Assembly: GCA_016192455.1 (NCBI GenBank)
Contig: JACPUC010000003.1
Span: forward strand, 186,001-250,000
Length of the DNA stretch: 64,000 nt
Source of the DNA: Candidatus Tectimicrobiota bacterium
GTDB lineage: Bacteria; JACPUC01
Direction of reading: 5' to 3'
In this document: positions 57,790 through 64,000 of the stretch, one piece after another
Position numbering within the stretch: position 1 is the stretch's first letter
How the letters are laid out: each line of letters begins with the position of its first letter
Notes under the pieces: generated by a model
The model's input: the letters and a program-made list of their open reading frames with translations, nothing else
What the model was told of the DNA's origin: nothing
Database searches by the model: none
Program-made: the position numbers and the translations under genes

Positions 57790-58455
57790 TCATGAATTCG
57801 CCAGGGCGTGTCGGCGTTTCGTGGCGTAGACGCGGCGGACGTAGCGCGCAAAGGTCCGCCAGGCGCCCCGGCGGCGCAGATGGCGGCACTTCTCCGGCGC
57901 GGCCATGATGGCCGGACGGAGCAGGGCGAATCGCGTGCATCCCTGCAAGCGCAGGCAAAGGTCGGCATTCCCCAGCACGCCGCTCTCATTGAACCCACCC
58001 ACGGATTCGAACAGACGGCGCTCGATGAAAAAGGCCTGGTCATCGGAAAGGATGTGCATGATGCGGCAGCGCACATGGTTCACCAGGCTGGCGAGGTGGA
58101 TGCCAAGCGAGTTGCCGTCGAAGCGCTGGTAGAACCCGCCGGCTCCGCACTTGCCGCGCTTCACGACGCCCTGCACGCGCTCCAGGGCGCCGCGCGGAAG
58201 CTGCGTTCCGGCATGCAGGAAGAGGAGGAGATCGCCCCGCGCGTGGCGCACGCCCTCGTTAAGCTGGCGCGCCCGCCCGCGCGGCACGCTGAACAGCTTC
58301 ACCTGATCGAATCGCTGCGCGATGGCGCAGGTGCGGTCCGTGCTGCCCCCGTCGACCACCAGCAGCTCGAACTCGCCGCTCTGGCGCAGGGCGCGCCGCA
58401 ACGTCTCGCCAAGAACCGCTTCGCAGTTGTGCGTTGGGATGATAATGGAGATCAT
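57790..58455 (-). CDS. Glycosyltransferase family 2 (TIGR04283-like)
   Basis: ISIIIPTHN, VVDGGSTD, GRARQLNEG and LLFLHA motifs. Confidence 0.85.
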   Translation of the reverse strand: MISIIIPTHNCEAVLGETLRRALRQSGEFELLVVDGGSTDRTCAIAQRFDQVKLFSVPRGRARQLNEGVRHARGDLLLFLHAGTQLPRGALERVQGVVKRGKCGAGGFYQRFDGNSLGIHLASLVNHVRCRIMHILSDDQAFFIERRLFESVGGFNESGVLGNADLCLRLQGCTRFALLRPAIMAAPEKCRHLRRRGAWRTFARYVRRVYATKRRHALANS

Positions 58456-59021
58456 CGGGTTCAGCAGGCTCGGATGCGTCGGTTCAGGGATATCGCTGTT
58501 GCCTGGCGGGCGCCAAGGCAACGGCGGTGAGACACGCTACGACCTCCACCAACTTGGCAACGGGCGATACAATGCCAAATCCCGCCGCGCGGGTCAAGAA
58601 AAAAATCATCTCCATCCGCGGTTGACCCGACGCCGCGGCGGCTCACCTCTGCCGGCGCCAAGCCAACGGCGAGTAATATTGTCACTCGGGCGGTGCTCGG
58701 CAACTCTTTTTCAGACCTCGTCGCGGCGCCGCTGGTTTCGTCCGGCGCGGGGGCTCTCTTTACCACCCCCGCCGGCCGCCGCGCTCCTCTCCCGGCAGTT
58801 GACCGCCCCCGTGAACTCTGCTACAAGAGAACCCGGGGCGTGCCGCCCAGCTCCATGCGCGCCGAGGTCGCCTGCGCGCGCCGGGCTGTCCGCGAGCGTT
58901 GCCCAGGCAAGCCGGGCAGACAGGGGCGCCGCGCAGACAGGCCGCTCCGCCGCCTTGCGGAGCCAGCCGCAGCACTTCCTCACATCTCGCTCAGGTTGTC
59001 ACAGCACCCACCCAAGATTGT

Positions 59022-59097
59022 GCCGGGGTAGCTCAGTCGGTAGAGCAGGGGACTGAAAATTCCCGTGTCGGCGGTTCAATTCCGTCCCCCGGCACCA
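59022..59097 (+). tRNA. tRNA-Phe (GAA)
   Basis: 76 nt; GCCGGGG/CCCCGGC acceptor stem, CTGAAAA anticodon loop, GGTTCAATT T-loop, encoded CCA. Confidence 0.97.
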
Positions 59098-59300
59098 CAA
59101 CCTTCGCGGCCACGACGCCTTCCGCGCAGCCCCGGAGAACGCGGCCGGCCGCCTCGAGCCCGCGGCTCCAAACCGCTTCTCCACCCCCGCGCCTGGGAGC
59201 GCCGCGCCGTGCGCCTTATCCGCGGTGCGAAGACCGCTGCGTTCGTCACCGCGCGATCGAGCCGGCTTCTCTCCCCTGAAGCGGACTCCCTCGAATTGCC

Positions 59301-59330
59301 TTGACGCAGGATTTTTATTTGCCATAGTAT
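59301..59330 (+). promoter_or_regulatory. Putative sigma70 promoter
   Basis: TTGACG-N18-TAGTAT with an AT-rich spacer. Confidence 0.45.
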
Positions 59331-59679
59331 CCTGGGGGGGGGGAACGTTGGAGCATGCGGCCGGCGCTCGATCTGCCCGGCGGCGCTCAGGGGCAAAGCC
59401 CACCGCGTTGCGGAGGGGCGGGGGACTGCAGCGCGGCGGCAAGGGTCTTGACTCAGGTTGCGTCTGCGATTTCCCGGAGTGGACGACCAGCTTGCCGGAC
59501 CTGAGCCGGGGGCCGGCGCGGAAGGGGCGCCGCCGCCGGCAAGGCCCGGGAAGAATCGTCGCGCGCCTCCCGCGGCAAGGCCTGGAATCAGGAGAGTCGG
59601 CAGGGGATCACCCGCAGCTCTCCCGCGGGGAGCAGGCGGGCCTCGTGGCATGACCTGCATCGAGGGAGGAGGAGGCGCA

Positions 59680-60084
59680 GTGCTGGAGGATATCTTCGGC
59701 TTCTGTTTTCTCACCATGGATCGCCAGCGGTCCATGAAGTTCTATTGCGATCTCTTGGGTCTCGAGCATAAGGTCACTCTGGAGCGGCCACGCTACACGC
59801 TGACGATCCTTGGCGTCGGGGAGTACGACGTCGTCAATCTCTTCGAGTACAAGGACCCCAACGACATCGATCCGATCTATCCGCACGTGGCCTTCAAAGT
59901 GGGTGCGCCGCGCGACGTTGAGGCGAAGCTGGCCGAGTTGCGCAAACGTCTGGAGGGCGCCGGTCATCACGTCACCGAGGTGATGGGGAACCTCTTCGTC
60001 AAAGACCCCGATGGCAACGCAATCGAGTTGAGCAACATCCCGGTCGGCGTGCCGTATGTTATCAAGCCGACGCCGACGAGGTAG
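59680..60084 (+). CDS. VOC/glyoxalase family protein
   Basis: RSMKFY.DLLG, HVAF and FVKDPDGNAIEL motifs; GGAGG RBS before GTG. Confidence 0.88.
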   Translation: MLEDIFGFCFLTMDRQRSMKFYCDLLGLEHKVTLERPRYTLTILGVGEYDVVNLFEYKDPNDIDPIYPHVAFKVGAPRDVEAKLAELRKRLEGAGHHVTEVMGNLFVKDPDGNAIELSNIPVGVPYVIKPTPTR

Positions 60085-60172
60085 TGTCCGTTCTCCTATC
60101 TCGCCGCGGCGCGCTCCGTGAGGCGGGTGCATTTCCACATCCGGCGGAAATGCGGCATGCAGGGGGGGGATC

Positions 60173-60640
60173 ATGAAGCCGCGAAAGTTCGTCACGTTCG
60201 TGGAAGAGATTCACGAGGACCGCGGCGTCGCCCTGCCGCGCCCGCTGCGCATCGCCATTGCGGCGGCGGTGGTGCCGGACCCGTTGGCGGGGAAGTTCGT
60301 CGACAACCTGAACGAGATCGTTCTGACGTACTGCGAGCAGCTCAGCGACATCGAGCACGCCGCCGCGATCCTGGCGAACTACCGCTTCGCCGGCGCGGTC
60401 GAGGCAGCGACGAACGGCGCCTCGCACCTCCCCTCGGTGATCAAGGTGGCTCCGCCCGGCGCACCGTTCGACATCCCGCTGCATCACAAGATCGATGTCA
60501 CGTCGCGGCCGCACCACTTCTCGAAGACCTTCTCCATTGCCGATGCGCCGCGAGCGGAGGAGTTGGTCGTTGCGGTGGCGGTGGCGAACGGCGGGCGGCC
60601 GCACCCGCGCCTGCCGGCGTTTGGGCAGGACTTGAAGTAG
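60173..60640 (+). CDS. Amino acid synthesis family (DUF1185) protein with an internal deletion
   Basis: AAAVVPDPLAG, EHAAA, DIPLHH, DAPRAEE and GGRPHPR; lacks the YGKAAI segment. Confidence 0.7.
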   Translation: MKPRKFVTFVEEIHEDRGVALPRPLRIAIAAAVVPDPLAGKFVDNLNEIVLTYCEQLSDIEHAAAILANYRFAGAVEAATNGASHLPSVIKVAPPGAPFDIPLHHKIDVTSRPHHFSKTFSIADAPRAEELVVAVAVANGGRPHPRLPAFGQDLK

Positions 60641-60691
60641 GCGGCAGCGCCCTGCCGAGGGGCGACCCCGCGGCGGCGACAGGCAGAGCCG

Positions 60692-61258
60692 ATGAACCTG
60701 TGCAAGCTTGTCACCTGCGTCGAAGAGATTCACGAGGACCGCGGCGTCGCCCTGCCGCGCCCGCTGCGCATCGCCATTGCGGCGGCGGTGGTGCCGGACC
60801 CGTTGGCGGGGAAGTTCGTCGACAACCTGAACGAGATCGTTCTGACGTACTGCGAGCAGCTCAACCTGAACGAGATCGTTCTGACGTACTGCGAGCAGCT
60901 CGGCAAGCTTCTCGGCGCCCGCGCCGTGGAGGCGCTCGGCGTGCCCGCCGCTGAGGTGGAGGCGTACGGCAAGGCGGCCATCGCCGGCCTCGGCGGCGAC
61001 ATCGAGCACGCCGCCGTCATTGTGTCGAACGTCCGCTTTGGGGGGCCGGTGCGCGCCGCGGCGGGGAACGGCGCGACGCTCCTGCCGGCGGTGATCAAGC
61101 TGGCCGCGCCCGGGGCGTCCTTCGACATCCCCCTGCACCACACCCGCGACGTCACCTTCAGCTCGCACCACCTCTCGGCGACATTCTCCATTGCCGATGC
61201 GCCGCAAGCGGCGCAGATCGTCGTCGCCGTTGCCGTGGCGAACGGCGGGCGGCGTTGA
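60692..61258 (+). CDS. Amino acid synthesis family (DUF1185) protein with a 39-bp internal duplication
   Basis: YGKAAIAG..GDIEH present; NLNEIVLTYCEQL occurs twice; ends at GGRR. Confidence 0.75.
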   Translation: MNLCKLVTCVEEIHEDRGVALPRPLRIAIAAAVVPDPLAGKFVDNLNEIVLTYCEQLNLNEIVLTYCEQLGKLLGARAVEALGVPAAEVEAYGKAAIAGLGGDIEHAAVIVSNVRFGGPVRAAAGNGATLLPAVIKLAAPGASFDIPLHHTRDVTFSSHHLSATFSIADAPQAAQIVVAVAVANGGRR

Positions 61259-61351
61259 GCATGGGGAGGGGCTGTCGTACACTACCAGCGCCGCAACCAC
61301 GAATGGACGGGTACACTGACACATGATCAAATGATAGAGGAGGGGGGGGCA

Positions 61352-62386
61352 ATGCAGACCCTGCGACAGTTCCCGCGGCGACACATCCATGCAGCCTTCT
61401 TGATCACCGCCTTGCTCGTGGCGCTGACGCTGGCGCACCCGGGCCCGGTTCGCGCCGAGAAGGCGGTCATCGGCTACCTCCCCATCATGGGGTTCTCGCC
61501 GATGTTCGTGGCCACGGAGCTCGGCTACTTCGCGGAGCAGGGCTTTGAGCCGCAGCTCGAGAAATTCCGCACCGGCGGGGACATCATCGCCTTGCTCGCC
61601 AGCGGCAGCGTCGATGTCGGCGCCGGCAGCATCGCCACGTCGCTCTTCAACGCGATTTATGACAAGTTGCCGATCAAGGTCGTGGGCAGCGCAACCGACC
61701 AGCCGGAGGGCTACAACTCCACGCCGCTGCTCGTCAGCAAGGCCCTGTGGGACAGCGGCAAGGTGAAGCGCATCGCCGACCTGAAGGGGATGAAGGTCGC
61801 CATCAACGCCCCGCGCGGCCTCGGCGAGTACTACCTGGCGGGCGCCCTGAAGCAGGGGGGCTTGACCATTGACGACATCGACCTGACCACCATGGCCTTC
61901 CCCACCATGCCGGAGGCGCTCAACCGCGGCGCCATCGCGGCGGCGATCCTGCCGCAGCCGCTCGCCTCGCGGGCCATCGACATGAAGGCGGCCCTACTGC
62001 TGCTGCGCGGCGACAAGATTACCGCCAGCCCCCAGGCGGGGGTCTACTACTACGGCAAGAATTACCTCACCAAGCGGGACGCCGGCAAGCGCATGATGGT
62101 GGCCCTCATCAAGGCGCACCGCGCCCTTGACGGCGACACCCACATGACGGAACCGCGCATCACCGCCGCGATCGGCAAGTGGACGAGCCTCCCCCCCAAG
62201 ATCATCACCAGCACCCGGGGCTACCATTTCGACGTCAACGGCAAGCTCTGGGAGGAGGGCCTCGCCGACATGCAGCGCTATCATGTAGGGCGCGGGTATA
62301 CGAAGTACAAGGAGCCGCTGCCGCTCTCCCAAATGTACGACCCTGAGTTCCTCGAGGCCGCCTTGGCCAAGCTGGGCCGCAAGTGA
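61352..62386 (+). CDS. ABC transporter substrate-binding protein, NMT1/SsuA family
   Basis: Signal peptide; PMFVATELGYF and IADLKGMKVAI motifs. Confidence 0.9.
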   Translation: MQTLRQFPRRHIHAAFLITALLVALTLAHPGPVRAEKAVIGYLPIMGFSPMFVATELGYFAEQGFEPQLEKFRTGGDIIALLASGSVDVGAGSIATSLFNAIYDKLPIKVVGSATDQPEGYNSTPLLVSKALWDSGKVKRIADLKGMKVAINAPRGLGEYYLAGALKQGGLTIDDIDLTTMAFPTMPEALNRGAIAAAILPQPLASRAIDMKAALLLLRGDKITASPQAGVYYYGKNYLTKRDAGKRMMVALIKAHRALDGDTHMTEPRITAAIGKWTSLPPKIITSTRGYHFDVNGKLWEEGLADMQRYHVGRGYTKYKEPLPLSQMYDPEFLEAALAKLGRK

Positions 62387-62426
62387 GCCGGCCCCCCTCG
62401 CCGCGGCGCCAACTTTCGGGAGCATC

Positions 62427-63218
62427 GTGCAGGCAAAGATCAGCGCTCGTCAGATCACCAAACGCTACCCCGTGAAGGGCCAGGAGTTCACCGCCCTGGA
62501 CCGCTTCGATCTCGAGGTGGGCGAGGGGGAGTTCGTCTGCATCGTCGGTCCCAGCGGCTGCGGCAAGAGCACCTTTCTGCGCATCCTTGCCGGCCTCTAC
62601 GAGCCGACCGCCGGCGAGTTGATCATCCGCCGCTCGTCGGGGCTCAACGGCGGCGCCCCCAAGCCACTCAACTCGATGATCTTCCAGGAGTACGCCATCT
62701 TCCCGTGGCGCACGGTCCTGGACAACGTCATGTTCGGGCTGGAGATGCGCAACGTGGCGCGCCGCGAGCGGCGGGCCATCGCCAATGCCTACCTCGAAAA
62801 GGTGGGGCTTCGGCGCTACAAGGATCGCTACCCCTACCAGCTCTCCGGCGGCATGAAGCAGCGCGTCAGCATCGCGCGGGCCTTTGCCAACGACCCCGAA
62901 ATCCTCCTCATGGATGAGCCGTTCGGCGCCCTCGACGAGCAGACCAAGACCCTGCTGCAGCAAGAGCTCCTGCGCATGTGGGAAGAGGACCGGAAGACCG
63001 TCGTCTACATCACCCACAGCATCGAGGAGGCCATCCTGTTGGGCGACCGCGTGGCCGTCATGACCGCGCAACCCGGTCGGAACAAGCACCAACTGCGCGT
63101 CGAGCTGCCGCGGCCGCGCGACCCAAAGATCAAGACCACGGTGCGGTTCACGGAGCTCTGCTACGAGGTGTGGCAGGGGCTGGAGTCCGAGGTGGTCAAG
63201 AGCATGGAGACTGACTGA
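62427..63218 (+). CDS. ABC transporter ATP-binding protein (SsuB/TauB-like)
   Basis: GPSGCGKST, LSGGMKQR, LLMDEPFGALD and ITH motifs. Confidence 0.95.
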   Translation: MQAKISARQITKRYPVKGQEFTALDRFDLEVGEGEFVCIVGPSGCGKSTFLRILAGLYEPTAGELIIRRSSGLNGGAPKPLNSMIFQEYAIFPWRTVLDNVMFGLEMRNVARRERRAIANAYLEKVGLRRYKDRYPYQLSGGMKQRVSIARAFANDPEILLMDEPFGALDEQTKTLLQQELLRMWEEDRKTVVYITHSIEEAILLGDRVAVMTAQPGRNKHQLRVELPRPRDPKIKTTVRFTELCYEVWQGLESEVVKSMETD

Positions 63219-64000
63219 TGGCGGTCCAGATGAGGCGCGAGCAGCCCAGCGCGGCGCTGGCTGACGAGGTGGTGATCCGGGGGTCCGGGCGCCCCTTGAA
63301 GCAATCGACCCTGCGTTACAAGCTGCTGAGCATCTTCTCGCCCATCACCGTGCTGATCTTGTGGGAAATCATGGTGCGGCTGGGGCTGCTCGACTACCGC
63401 TTCTTCCCGGCGCCGACGATGGTGAGCCTGTCGCTCGCCGAGCTGCTGATGAGCGGCGAGCTGACCGAGCACATCCTGGCCAGCCTTGGGCGGGTCATCG
63501 CCGGCTTCCTCCTCGGCTCCATCCCCGGCATCGTCATCGGCATGCTGATGGGCTGGTCGCGCACCTGCCGCGCCATCTTCGATCCCATCGTCTCCGCCAC
63601 CTTCCCGATGCCGAAGATCGCCTTGTTGCCGCTCGTGCTCCTCATCTTCGGCATCGGCGAGTTCTCGAAGATCATCCTCATCGCCATCGGGGCGTTCTTC
63701 CTGGTCACCATCAACAGCATGGCGGGAGTGATGAACATCGATCCGGTTCTGGTGGAAGCCGCCCATAACTTCGGCGCCCGCGGCGCGCGCATGTTCCGCA
63801 AGGTGGTGCTGCCCAGCACCTTGCCCTACATCTTTACGGGCCTGCGGCTCTCCCTCGGCGTCTCCCTTATCATCATCGTGGCCACCGAATTTGTCGCCGC
63901 CAATAAAGGCATTGGGTTCCTCATCTGGATTTCCTGGCAATCGCTGGTCACCGAAAAGATGTACGCCGGCCTGATCGTCATTGCCGTTCTCGGCCTGCTC
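63218..64000 (+). CDS. ABC transporter permease (SsuC/TauC-like), partial
   Basis: ATG overlaps the ATPase stop (TGATG); PKIALLPL and EAAHNFGA motifs; runs off the window. Confidence 0.9.
   Translation, partial: MAVQMRREQPSAALADEVVIRGSGRPLKQSTLRYKLLSIFSPITVLILWEIMVRLGLLDYRFFPAPTMVSLSLAELLMSGELTEHILASLGRVIAGFLLGSIPGIVIGMLMGWSRTCRAIFDPIVSATFPMPKIALLPLVLLIFGIGEFSKIILIAIGAFFLVTINSMAGVMNIDPVLVEAAHNFGARGARMFRKVVLPSTLPYIFTGLRLSLGVSLIIIVATEFVAANKGIGFLIWISWQSLVTEKMYAGLIVIAVLGLL

Noticed and set aside
59022-59097. tRNA-Phe as an island integration site
   Set aside because: No duplicated tRNA 3' end or integrase seen, and the downstream genes have host-like composition.
59331-59679. Riboswitch (for example c-di-GMP) in the long leader
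   Set aside because: GGCAAA is present but the GAAA tetraloop and GCAAAG elements are not; a covariance-model search would be needed.

Overview
High-GC bacterial chromosomal segment; the lineage cannot be determined from the sequence alone. The host backbone is mostly catabolic and respiratory. It has three NMT1/SsuA-type ABC substrate-binding proteins, three UbiD-family decarboxylases, three stand-alone xanthine-dehydrogenase-family Mo subunits, TrpB2, an SdhA/SdhB/CCG-subunit operon, acyl-CoA enzymes, TenA, AlaC, a reduced cbb3-type oxidase cluster and tRNA-Phe(GAA). About eight small (1-2 kb) cassettes, mostly lower in GC, sit between the backbone genes. They carry toxin-antitoxin modules, TA remnants and defence-like genes (SEFIR/TIR, Panacea, MNT-HEPN, a PD-(D/E)xK nuclease). 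The intergenic spaces hold GTAG-REP hairpins and a ~210-bp MITE-like element with CTAGTG ends. No integrase, transposase or RAYT gene is visible. The most notable signals are: (1) insertions bracketed by long 19-143 bp direct duplications, often at gene 3' ends; (2) an SdhA-like flavoprotein that has lost dicarboxylate-binding residues and is paired with an HdrB-like subunit; (3) tandem NrdR-like boxes with no ribonucleotide reductase gene nearby; (4) a modular MITE/REP family with swappable hairpins. All family calls come from motif recognition by eye; no database search was run.
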